From the NCBI GenBank assembly GCA_030426955.1, contig JAUHXS010000012.1:16629-80628 (forward strand): DNA of 64,000 bases. The letters run 5' to 3'. The notes under the pieces were generated by a model that was not told the origin of the DNA, did not search any database, and saw only the letters and a list, made by a program, of their open reading frames with translations. Below are positions 37,758 through 47,800 of this stretch, piece by piece. How positions within the stretch are numbered: position 1 is the stretch's first letter; every line of letters starts with the position of its first letter. Both the position numbers and the translations under genes were made by a program. This DNA comes from Bacteroidia bacterium (GTDB lineage: Bacteria; Bacteroidota; Bacteroidia; Chitinophagales; JAUHXS01).

Positions 37758-37884
37758 AAAACCTTCTAAAACCCTTCTCGTCACTGCGAGGAATCGAAGC
37801 AGTCTTATTGTTATATGGTATGGATTGCTTCAGTACTTCGCAATGACGAATTTTCTTGTTTTATCTTTGTTTTAGAAGGTTTTG
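37758..37884. repeat. ~127-bp nested inverted-repeat (palindromic) intergenic element
   Basis: Outer arms aaaaccttctaaaac / gttttagaaggtttt; inner arms tcgtcactgcgaggaatcgaagcagtc / gattgcttcagtacttcgcaatgacgaa (imperfect). Confidence 0.5.
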
Positions 37885-37924
37885 ATATCTCCTCTTTTAA
37901 ATTAATTCAATTTAAAGTACCAAT

Positions 37925-38551
37925 ATGATTAAATATTTAGACAAGATAGATACCATCATATTTGACTTAGGAGGAGTGATTTTTGATTTAGATTATGATC
38001 TGACAGCCAAAGCTTTTAATAATTACGGTAAAATAGATTTCAATACAGTATATACTAAACTTGATCAAAATAGACTGTTCGATGCTTTTGAAAAAGGAGA
38101 AATAAGTAGTGAAAATTTTAGGACTGATCTCAAAAAGCAACTAGAAATAAATATTTCAGACAAGGAATTTGATAAAGCTTGGAACGCTATGTTATTAGGG
38201 TGGCCAAAGGATAGACTAGATTTAATTGCCTCAATTAAAGACAAATATCAATTGTTTTTATTGAGTAATACAAATGATATTCATTTAAATAAGGTGATGG
38301 CTATGCTAAAAGAAGAACATGGTTTGAATAACTTAAATCATCTTTTTTCACAGTGTTATTTTTCGAATGAAGTAGGAATGAGAAAACCAGATGCAGAAAT
38401 ATTTGAGTTCGTAATAAATGGCAATCAATTAAATCCTAAAAAAACCTTATTCATTGATGATAGCCCTCAACATATTGAAGGGGCTAGGCAGGTTGGACTA
38501 AATGTATATCATTTAGATGTTTCTAAAGAAAGTATCTTGGCAATACTTTGA
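37925..38551 (+). CDS. HAD-superfamily hydrolase (subfamily IA)
   Basis: 208 aa; motif I IIFDLGGVIFDL and C-terminal ...LFIDDS... motif. Confidence 0.75.
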   Translation: MIKYLDKIDTIIFDLGGVIFDLDYDLTAKAFNNYGKIDFNTVYTKLDQNRLFDAFEKGEISSENFRTDLKKQLEINISDKEFDKAWNAMLLGWPKDRLDLIASIKDKYQLFLLSNTNDIHLNKVMAMLKEEHGLNNLNHLFSQCYFSNEVGMRKPDAEIFEFVINGNQLNPKKTLFIDDSPQHIEGARQVGLNVYHLDVSKESILAIL

Positions 38552-40714
38552 TTAATTTAAAGTGATAACCTTTCCTTGAGTTTCATTTTTTGACTTAAAT
38601 TCAACGAAATAGAATCCTTTTGCTAGGTTCTCCAAATTTAGATCAAATTGATATTTTTTGCTTGCTTCATAAGTTTTTTGATATATCTCATTACCATGAA
38701 TGTTAAACAATTTAACAGTAATAGGATTTTTATCACTCATTTCTAAATTGATATAAACCCTATCACTCGTGGGGTTTGGTGCAATATTGATAGCCTTAAA
38801 TACGCTAAAAGGGTTATTCGGAACAGTATCTCCAGGGAGAAACGGATCTTCCTTCTTTCCAGGACCACCATTGATTATCTTAATCAGCTTGGTTACACTA
38901 TCTGTACAAGTGGCATTTGATGCGGTAAGCGTTACATTATAATAAGAGGTATCCACGCCAAGTACATTTTCAAAAGCATGACTAACCTGTTTTTCAGTAC
39001 TAAAAGTAGTATCTCCAAAATCCCAGAAATAGGTCATTGGATTTACAAACGACAGATTAAGAAATACAATTGTATCATTTGAAGTTGCCATACTCGCAGA
39101 TAAAAATTTTGCTGTTACAGACTCCGTTGAAGGGGCAATAGTAAATTGTCCAGTTACTGTTGAATCTAAGTTATCTGTTACAGTTATAGAGTAAGTACCA
39201 GTGGCAACATTTGTCAAATCTTTTGTGGTATCACCATTAGACCATAAATAAGTAAAAGGTGCTTCTCCACCATTTACAGTAATATTGATAGCCCCCAAAG
39301 CATCATCTTTACAACCTGCATTGGTAATTTGGGCTGTGACTTTTAGAACGGTTGTATCACAAGCAGTTACTGTAATAATTATAGAGTCAGTATAAGAGCA
39401 GTTTGATCCATTTGTTGCCTTAACAGATATTGTATCAATCGTTGCAATCGTTGACATATATTGAATTGTCTGAGTTGATTCGGTAGTAGACCATTCATAG
39501 ATTGTGCCACCTGTTGCGTCTCCTGTGTTTTCTCCATCTAATAGTAAACTCTTATTTAAACAAATAGAAGTATCATTACCTAAGTCAACAAAAGGGCTAA
39601 ACTTTTTGTCTAAAATGATGGTGTCTCTGGCCAAACATCCTAAACTATCAAATACGAATACACTAACTGTATCACTACTATTGATTTCTATAGATTGCGT
39701 GGTTTCTCCTGTAGACCATAGATATTTATGTTGTTCTCCAGCATCTAATGTTATACCATCACTTGAACAAAAACTTGTATCATTTCCTAAATTGACTGTC
39801 GGACCATTAGGACAAATGGGGTTAGCTAAAGTTACTCGACCAAAACTTTCTATACCAGACTGTTCGAAAAATTTTTCAGCTATATTCATAGAGTCAAAGC
39901 CAATTGTTGTCCATGTATTGCCCATGTTATCAGAGGCCAAAATAGAAAGACTATCTTCTGAAATACCATTCAATTCAACAGTATCAAAATATTCAACCCT
40001 AACTGTTGCATCTAATCCGACATTAAATGCTGGCGTAATGTCATAATAGCGTAATATGCTTTTTTTGCCTGCAGTTTGCTCGTTATGACCTCTTTTTATA
40101 ACGGTAGTGCCTAAGTTCGCTACAGAAGTAATGTGCAAACCAATGCCTGATATTTCTTCTGATGGACTGCTTAATAATGGACTAGCCAGCAAAAAACCAT
40201 TCCCAAATACTCGTGAAGAATCTGTTTCTCCAACCAATACTCCATTAGATTGCAAATCAATAGTGTGATTATTTAAATCAATATTTGTGCCTGATAGAAA
40301 AAGACTATCCTTTGCACTAATACTCGTTCGAAGCGAAATCGTGCTTGCATTTGAATTAACGTAAACCTTATTAAAGTTAATTTTTCCAGACCCACCCAAT
40401 GTATCTCCATGAAATATTACCGATCCTTCATCACCATCTGAAAAAAGCCCAGTATCTGAGTTATTGATGATATTACCATGAACTTGTATGGTTGCTCCTG
40501 GACATCCTGCAATATTGCCATCATTTACATCTGTTTGATTCACTAAATCACCAAACACATTGATGGTATCTACTGTCATTGTGATAGAAACACCGCCGTT
40601 GTAAAAAGCAGATTGACTGATAGAGTCAAGAGGCAAAAGGCTAAAGCCAAAAGCAACTAATAAAAAAGAATATTTTAATCTTTTAATTTTCAAATTATTT
40701 AACCTTCTAATCAA
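38552..40714 (-). CDS. Secreted PKD/Ig-like repeat protein with T9SS type A C-terminal sorting domain (last gene of the co-directional block)
   Basis: Signal peptide; internal PKD-like units (...YFWDFGDTTFS...); C-terminal ...INIAPNPTSDRVYINLE...KGFYFVEFKSKNETQGKVITLN is Por-secretion-tail-like. Confidence 0.55.
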   Translation of the reverse strand: MIRRLNNLKIKRLKYSFLLVAFGFSLLPLDSISQSAFYNGGVSITMTVDTINVFGDLVNQTDVNDGNIAGCPGATIQVHGNIINNSDTGLFSDGDEGSVIFHGDTLGGSGKINFNKVYVNSNASTISLRTSISAKDSLFLSGTNIDLNNHTIDLQSNGVLVGETDSSRVFGNGFLLASPLLSSPSEEISGIGLHITSVANLGTTVIKRGHNEQTAGKKSILRYYDITPAFNVGLDATVRVEYFDTVELNGISEDSLSILASDNMGNTWTTIGFDSMNIAEKFFEQSGIESFGRVTLANPICPNGPTVNLGNDTSFCSSDGITLDAGEQHKYLWSTGETTQSIEINSSDTVSVFVFDSLGCLARDTIILDKKFSPFVDLGNDTSICLNKSLLLDGENTGDATGGTIYEWSTTESTQTIQYMSTIATIDTISVKATNGSNCSYTDSIIITVTACDTTVLKVTAQITNAGCKDDALGAINITVNGGEAPFTYLWSNGDTTKDLTNVATGTYSITVTDNLDSTVTGQFTIAPSTESVTAKFLSASMATSNDTIVFLNLSFVNPMTYFWDFGDTTFSTEKQVSHAFENVLGVDTSYYNVTLTASNATCTDSVTKLIKIINGGPGKKEDPFLPGDTVPNNPFSVFKAINIAPNPTSDRVYINLEMSDKNPITVKLFNIHGNEIYQKTYEASKKYQFDLNLENLAKGFYFVEFKSKNETQGKVITLN

Positions 40715-41369
40715 TCAAAACATAGTGCCCTTTTCGTCCGACGCTTTCAAACAATAGCATCTGCTTGGTAGTGTTATTTCTCAATCTTAAAGTTCTAAAG
40801 GATTCGTCGTCGTCTGCAATACTATTATCAAAGCTACAACAAAACCCAGTTGAATTTGGCAATAGGTGACCTACATATCCCTCTCTAATTCTACCTCCAT
40901 CAAAAAATGAAATGGTATCTGTTAATGATTTATTGTGGACATTTAAAAAATAACCTGGTCCTCCTTGAACATTTATTGCTAGCCAATTGTTATTGATAAG
41001 TGTGTCGGCACAACCATCTGTTCCAAGACTTACATTTTCATACGGCGACATTCTGACCCATTCTGTTGCCATCGAATCATAAAACATCATATCCTTCACA
41101 GTAGAATCATATACTAATAGTGCATTTGCAGGATTGTTAATAGCTAATCGATTTGCAGAACTCATAACAGGAGGTAATAAGCCCTTATTAGGTGCTTGAA
41201 TATCTAAAATCGCTGAAGGGTCTGGACTTTCGGTATTGATGCCTAGCTGTGCATGTGATTGAAAAATTGAAAAATTAGAAAATTGTAAGATTAAAATGAT
41301 TAAGCTTGTAAAGCAAAATCTACAATCTTTCAATCTTTCAATCTTAAAATCTATAAACCTACTTATCAT
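40707..41369 (-). CDS. Secreted protein, paralog 3 of a tandem triplet with conserved N-terminal GINT...NKGLLPP motif
   Basis: Signal peptide, then AQLGINTESPDPSAILDIQAPNKGLLPPVMSSANRLAINNPANALLVYDST; overlaps both flanking genes. Confidence 0.5.
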   Translation of the reverse strand: MISRFIDFKIERLKDCRFCFTSLIILILQFSNFSIFQSHAQLGINTESPDPSAILDIQAPNKGLLPPVMSSANRLAINNPANALLVYDSTVKDMMFYDSMATEWVRMSPYENVSLGTDGCADTLINNNWLAINVQGGPGYFLNVHNKSLTDTISFFDGGRIREGYVGHLLPNSTGFCCSFDNSIADDDESFRTLRLRNNTTKQMLLFESVGRKGHYVLID

Positions 41370-42093
41370 AAGTCGCTATTCCTGTTAACAAAAACTTAGG
41401 TCCTTCCAAAGTGTCTTTAAATAATATTCCTTTAAAACTATAAACTCTGCCGTCATTACCCATTACTAATAAATTGAATCCCATCTGCGCATCAAAGTGT
41501 AGATTATAATAACCAATCGTTCTAGCATTACCAGGCATTAAAACTCCTCCTGCGTTAAAAGGCGGGCAACTTGGCTCACAAGGCTCAAGAGCTCCAAGTA
41601 TTTCGGTAAAAAAAGTAATCAATGCACCGCTACTCGATGGATTTTCTATTGTAATTGTAGTCAAGGTATCTGAGTAAACTTTCAACCATGGTAAATCAAC
41701 CAAAACGTTTCCACTATCTGTAAGCGACATTTCAAATTTGTCTGTTTTTCGGTTAAGTCTTTCCCATTGACTAAATGTTGTGTTATATGTAAAAAATGTT
41801 TGTAAATCTGTATCAAATACAATCAAGCTATTGGTGGGACTTGCAATTGCATTGCGTTGCAAACTTGTCATTCGAGGTAATAATAAGCCTTGATTAGTAG
41901 ATTGAAGTTGTAGGGCTGCAGAAGTATGTGGTGTGTCTACATTGATACCAACTTGTGCAGTAGCAGTTAGTGAACAGACACTAGTGGTTAGAATCAGTAT
42001 AACAGCAGTTATAAATTCTCTTGCATATAGCTTGGGTGCTACATTCTTAGTAAACAAATTCAAAGAATTATATGTAAAGCTATTTACATACAT
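41359..42093 (-). CDS. Secreted protein, paralog 2 of the tandem triplet
   Basis: AQVGINVDTPHTSAALQLQSTNQGLLLPRMTSLQRNAIASPTNSLIVFDTD; 11-nt and 10-nt overlaps with neighbours. Confidence 0.5.
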   Translation of the reverse strand: MYVNSFTYNSLNLFTKNVAPKLYAREFITAVILILTTSVCSLTATAQVGINVDTPHTSAALQLQSTNQGLLLPRMTSLQRNAIASPTNSLIVFDTDLQTFFTYNTTFSQWERLNRKTDKFEMSLTDSGNVLVDLPWLKVYSDTLTTITIENPSSSGALITFFTEILGALEPCEPSCPPFNAGGVLMPGNARTIGYYNLHFDAQMGFNLLVMGNDGRVYSFKGILFKDTLEGPKFLLTGIATYDK

Positions 42094-42767
42094 GTAAACC
42101 CTTTTTTCTCACTAAAAGTATAGGTTCCTCTAAAAATGGCCGTTGTTGGATCATAAATAGCATCTAACTTAATAAATGGTTTTCCCCCGTCTCCATCTAA
42201 TGTAATAGCAATTTGCAAATGACTGATTTCAGTTACCGAAGAGTAATCCAATATAAATGGTGTGCCTATTGTGTTGGCGGTATCTACATTATCTATTTTT
42301 AGATTATACCTCATTGTTCCCGAGGGTATTATTTCCAAAGTATCTTCATTCTTAATGTGAATATCTACAAAATCGTTTAATGTAATTTGATAAGTAGAAG
42401 GGTCTGTATCGTCTACCTCAAAGTATTTAGTTTGATTAAGCACTTTCCATTTTGAATCAACATTACTATCACCTAAAAGGTTTTGATAAAAATTGTGCCT
42501 TTGATTGGTTGAGTCAAACAGCCAAACCCCTTGTAATGTATTGTCTTCCATTTGAGCCATAGAATCATTTCGAACCCTAGGAACTAATAAGCCTTTATTT
42601 ATCGAACGAATGTCTAATATTGCTGAAGAATCTGGGTTGTTGTTGTTGATACCGATTTGAGAGAATGATTGGAAAATTGTAAGATTAGAATATTGTAAGA
42701 TTAGTGCAATTATTAAAACCTTAAACCAATAACTCATAAATGTTTTTAAAATCTTCAAATTTTTCAA
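42084..42767 (-). CDS. Secreted protein, paralog 1 of the tandem triplet
   Basis: SQIGINNNNPDSSAILDIRSINKGLLVPRVRNDSMAQ...; 3-nt gap to the upstream gene. Confidence 0.5.
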   Translation of the reverse strand: MKNLKILKTFMSYWFKVLIIALILQYSNLTIFQSFSQIGINNNNPDSSAILDIRSINKGLLVPRVRNDSMAQMEDNTLQGVWLFDSTNQRHNFYQNLLGDSNVDSKWKVLNQTKYFEVDDTDPSTYQITLNDFVDIHIKNEDTLEIIPSGTMRYNLKIDNVDTANTIGTPFILDYSSVTEISHLQIAITLDGDGGKPFIKLDAIYDPTTAIFRGTYTFSEKKGFTCM

Positions 42768-42770
42768 TCT

Positions 42771-44795
42771 TTAATTTATAATCAGTTTTACTTTTTCCGA
42801 TTTCGCCACTTCTCCAGTTTTACTAATTGTTCTCACTTGATAATAATACGAATTTTTTGACCGAATGGTGCTGTCTGCATAACTATTTGAGCTAGTTAAT
42901 GTTGAAACTGGAAACATTTTCCCACCTTCTTTCATTCTGTAAACAACATAACCCGTTATCACTTCTTCAGTTCCAATCCAAGATATTTTCGCTATTTTTT
43001 GTGCCGTATCATACGCTACCATTACATTGGAAACAGCATTTGCTAAAATGATATTGGGTATTTGGACTTCATAGATGTTTGAATATGGAGATTTATTACC
43101 AATCAAATCCATAGACTGCACTTTGTATTCATATTCTACACCTTTCTGAATTGATTTGTCATTATATTTTGTAACAATCTTTTCTAGTGTTGCTAGTTTA
43201 GTCCAACTATTAGCACCTTTTATACTTCTAAATACATCAAATTGTTTTAAATCAGCATCAAAAACTGGAAGCCATTCTATTAGGACAGAATTAGAATGAA
43301 CGATTGATTCCTTTATAAATGGTGTAGCTGGAGGCGTGACATCAGGTAAGACATCTCCAGCAGATGATGAAAACTTACTTCTATTGCCCACTTTATCCAT
43401 CGCGATGATTTCATAAGTAAACTTATTTCTAGCATTCTTTGGAAGTATGTCTATATAGTTATTCTCTTTTATAACTTCAGGTGAAATCAATTGTCGGTGT
43501 ATTGCTCCATCTTCAAATGCGTTTCGATAAATCCAGTATCCATCAATATCGGGTTCGGAGTTTGCATTCCATGATAAAACCATTCTTCCTGTATCTGCTT
43601 TAACTTTTAATCCAGTTGGAATGGCTGGAGGTGTTTTGTCCTCAACTGACACACTTATCGTATCTGAAAATGAAGCGTTTCCTGATTTGTCTGAAGCCTT
43701 GAGATAATAATAATAGTTTTTACCTTCTTCTACTGCTTTATCTTTTAAAGTCTTTTGATTATTAAGGTCTGATTGATTCAGTTTATTAAAAATGCTACCT
43801 CTCTTTTCAGATTTATAAACATCCAATGTTCCTGAATATTTTGTAAGGTAATCCCAGTTCAGTTCTACAATTCTATTTGTTACTCTGTGTTCTTTCCAGT
43901 AAGGAGCATCTGGAGCAGTTTCATCTTTCGTGGAAATTTTAAATGGCTTTGAAGGCGTAACTTCTTTATTAAAGAAGTTTAAGCCAACTAGAGAATAGTA
44001 GTAGGTTTTTCCCTCTTGAATTGTATCTGCATAATAATAATCTGGGCTGACATATTTCCCATCTTTATTCATCACTTCATTAACAAGTATTGGCAAGTCA
44101 TTTATTTGCTCACCTTTTGAATCTGGTAATACTGATCTATAAATATTCACTGCATAAAATCGTTTATCTTCAGGCAACCATTTAATTTGAATTTCTTTTT
44201 TCCTTTGTTTAATGTCAATTCCAGAAACTGGTTTTTCAACTAAAGGAGTACCAGCTGTTATTAGTGGAGACACTCCAACTTCAATTTCCTTATCATCTTT
44301 GATATAGGTGATTTTATACTGTACAGACGTTCCTTTTTCAATTTCATCATTGACAATGTATGACCCAGTAAATTTTGCAAATTCATTATTAGTAATCATT
44401 TTCATTATAACGGCTAATTTCGGAATCCCCTGTAACGTTCCGTAAGCCGAGTCGGCAACAATAGTCGCGACTTCAAATTTCATGCTTGTATCACCAATAA
44501 CGCTTGGGAAGTTCGTATATCTAGGATATGGCGTATCGTAAACTTTTTTGAAACTTTTCCCCTTATCAAATGATTCATAAATAAATACTCCATCAGGATA
44601 AGTAAGTTGCTCAGAAAACCACTTTAGTTCGATATGTTCGGTTTCAGTAGAAGTACGGACGTACACCTGCGCTTGAGAGGTATTAGGGACTAGGCAATAG
44701 GAAATAGTAATTAGCCAATAGCCAATAGCCAATAGCCATTGAAATGAACTATCGATATTTAGTTTGAAATCCACTTTTGCCTTTTGGTTCTTCAC
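42771..44795 (-). CDS. Secreted/anchored protein with multiple fibronectin-III-like repeats
   Basis: 674 aa; N-terminal hydrophobic segment; repeated ~95-aa units with W/Y-containing Fn3-like strand patterns (...IQIKWLPEDKRFYAVNIYRS..., ...IEWLPVFDADLKQFDVFRS...). Confidence 0.45.
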   Translation of the reverse strand: MKNQKAKVDFKLNIDSSFQWLLAIGYWLITISYCLVPNTSQAQVYVRTSTETEHIELKWFSEQLTYPDGVFIYESFDKGKSFKKVYDTPYPRYTNFPSVIGDTSMKFEVATIVADSAYGTLQGIPKLAVIMKMITNNEFAKFTGSYIVNDEIEKGTSVQYKITYIKDDKEIEVGVSPLITAGTPLVEKPVSGIDIKQRKKEIQIKWLPEDKRFYAVNIYRSVLPDSKGEQINDLPILVNEVMNKDGKYVSPDYYYADTIQEGKTYYYSLVGLNFFNKEVTPSKPFKISTKDETAPDAPYWKEHRVTNRIVELNWDYLTKYSGTLDVYKSEKRGSIFNKLNQSDLNNQKTLKDKAVEEGKNYYYYLKASDKSGNASFSDTISVSVEDKTPPAIPTGLKVKADTGRMVLSWNANSEPDIDGYWIYRNAFEDGAIHRQLISPEVIKENNYIDILPKNARNKFTYEIIAMDKVGNRSKFSSSAGDVLPDVTPPATPFIKESIVHSNSVLIEWLPVFDADLKQFDVFRSIKGANSWTKLATLEKIVTKYNDKSIQKGVEYEYKVQSMDLIGNKSPYSNIYEVQIPNIILANAVSNVMVAYDTAQKIAKISWIGTEEVITGYVVYRMKEGGKMFPVSTLTSSNSYADSTIRSKNSYYYQVRTISKTGEVAKSEKVKLIIN

Positions 44796-44807
44796 TTTTG
44801 ACTCTAA

Positions 44808-47800
44808 TTAATATAATTTCTGATCTACTTCCAATCCAAAACTCACGCCCTGCCCCACAACAGTAACATATCCATTTAATGTGCCAAACATTTCTGGGGA
44901 AGAGTCAAGTTTCCTTAGTCCTAAGTTACCGGTCAGTCTAGCTGAAGCTAAACTCCATGTACCAGAGGCACCTGTAATTTTAGGATAGTTACAATCTGTA
45001 CCCCAGCTACAGCAACCCGCACATTTCCAAGATCTTCGCGTACAAGTGAACCAACAAACAGGTGGCAACGGAATATCCGGATATTTGTATTTACAACTAA
45101 TTCCGGCTGATGCATCTGCCCAAAAATATAATGTTGGAATATTGAACCCAGGGCTAAATACCGCCTTCCCAGCTCCACCGCCCGCTAAATAAGCATAAGC
45201 ATAAGGTTTGACTTTTACAATGCCGATGTCAATCCATGGAGCATAGAAATAAGCACCCAAATCGATACCTAGACCAAGTTCAAAGTAGTTCTGGGTAACA
45301 TCGAGCCAACCTGTTGGAGAAAAACCAAAACAACCAGGTTTTACCAATATCCGTCTTTCGAAGCTTCCTAAAGTCAATCTAAAACCATAAGGGTCAGAAG
45401 TGAAAACTCCGATAGCATCGACACATAGATTTGGTGTGCCACTTTCCAGTTGAAGCGAAGTGAAAAATCGTCGATCGGGTCTATTGTAGTAAAACTTGCC
45501 TTTCCCTCGTAAGGTACTGATATAGCCAAAGGCAGGCAAATAGTAATTCTTAATTCCCCACTTAATATCCATGGCCACTTCATTAATACCACCTTGTAAA
45601 CCGTTGACCTCAATTGCGCCTTCGATTAGGTGATCAAACCCCATGGTATAGCCATCTACCATTGTCAGACGCAGGTAGGCGCCTCCTTCAACACCTCCAT
45701 CTGGAATATAAGCGGCATTTGTAATGTCTGGTCCTACATTTTCGGTATTTTGATCAATGGAGTATCGTTCATTCATTATCGCGTTTCCGAAATCATGGCG
45801 CATGTGGTGATAAACCCTTATTTCACCTCCTAAAATTCGCATGGGACCAAATGGAATACCTAAACGAGTCAGCTCATTTTTGACCACTTTGCCTTGTAAG
45901 AATTCTTTTACCTTTTTAACAGGTTTGGCCCCCTTCTCTTTATTCATTTTATTGGCATACTTATTCTTTATTTTCTGGGTAGGACCGATATCCCCTGTGG
46001 CAGTTCCGGTTGGTGTTTCAACGTCTAGCCCAGCTTGTGCGAACCAATAAGAATAACCATCTTTTTTACCCAAAATAAATTTCGCATTCGCATAAAAGTC
46101 TACGGGTAGCATCATTCCCAGGAGTCCATACGCTTTAAAACAAGTTCCCCATTCAGGGTCGTTTACGTAAAATTGACCTTCGGCAGCGGCTTGCGCTAGA
46201 ATAACGTCAAAGTTGACACCCATTCTGGAAAAGCCTCTTTCACTAGTGAACTTAGGGTCATTGCCACTTAAACTCACCACACTAATTCGTGTAGGTCCAT
46301 TTTTGATTTCCTTGGCTCCTGAAGGACCAACTTCCAAATAATATCCAGAAAGATTCTCTGCCATATTAATGATCGCATTAAATCCAATTCGATACACATT
46401 ATTTATTCTACTAGCTGTAATTCGATCAATCGTTAAGTCAAATAAGTCCAAAAGCTTTCCATCAATTGGTTCTTCTAAATCGGCTTGTTGGTCTCTTTGA
46501 TCATAAAAACCAACCTCACCATCACTCCAAATATCAAATCCAGGCATGTTTCTCACCTTCAGACCGTATTCGTCAAAGTCTAAATCGATGGTCGTGCGAA
46601 GCTTATCCGTTGATTTAAATTCGCCTTTCTTAATTGTTAACGTTGAATTTCTATAGGTTTTATCTTCGTCATACACAATCATACCACTGCCATCGTCTAA
46701 ATCAATCAATGAAGCAGGCTGAAATCCATAATTTGTTAGAGGTACTTGATAGCGAATAGGTTTATTATTCATTACACGGAGAGGTATATATCCATTGGCA
46801 ACTCCCTCGGAAACAATATTATCTTCAAAAGTGACTGATAAATCGGTAAACCAAGTAAGGAATTCGTGCAAGCGCATTCTTCGATTATTAAGCTCTCTTT
46901 CTTTTAAATTTTTGTAAGTAACATTTCCTTGAAAACCCGAAGCGGTCAGGTACAGGGTGGACTCCATCTTTGTTTTTTCATCCTCTGAGGGAAATTGAGG
47001 ATTAATCGCGTGACCTTGATGAGAAAACACGAAACGACCTTTTGAATCCAATTTTTCTCCAAGATTTAGGGCGTATGTTGTTAGTTTAACCCCTTTTATA
47101 TTATCTTTTAAAGGGCTATCATCAGCAAAGTAAGCTTCGCAAATTTGTGGGGTAATGGAAATATCTGTTTGATCCGCAGGTCTAAAAGTATTACTTAAAC
47201 CAGTGAGTACACTTTGATCAGTTTTGATATAGGTGACTTTGTCTGCATTTCTAAAGCGCAATTCCATTCTTCGACCGTCCGCTGTTTTTATCTTTTCTGG
47301 CAGGAATATGGAACCTCCAAAGTTGAGTTTTACCTTGCTGTCCTTTATGTCATAATAGCAATAGTTGCCATCCAATTTTACCGTATAATCCAGCGGATCA
47401 ACCAATTCATAGGTTTTGTTTATATGGCTGTACCATTCTACCTTACCTGTTATTTTTTTGTTATTAAAGTCAAACCAAACGGTTTTTGAACTGGCAATCG
47501 CACTAGAATCTTTTATTGCGATTGGGAATGACCACCAGACCCGACCATGCAATTCTAGTCCTCGTGCATTATATAGTCTAAAGAAACCTGGAATAAATTC
47601 TGTGTACCCCTGATCTTCATTATCCAACTCTATGTATTTTTCCTTTAGTGTCCCTCGCACAGTACCAGAGTTCATTTGATCATGATTTTCTAAAGCAACA
47701 CTTCTACATTCACCTACATATAACTCATCACCCTCTTTAAATACTTTTACGCTCGCGGTACCTCCATCAAAAACATATTTACCATCCTCAAACTTTATAT

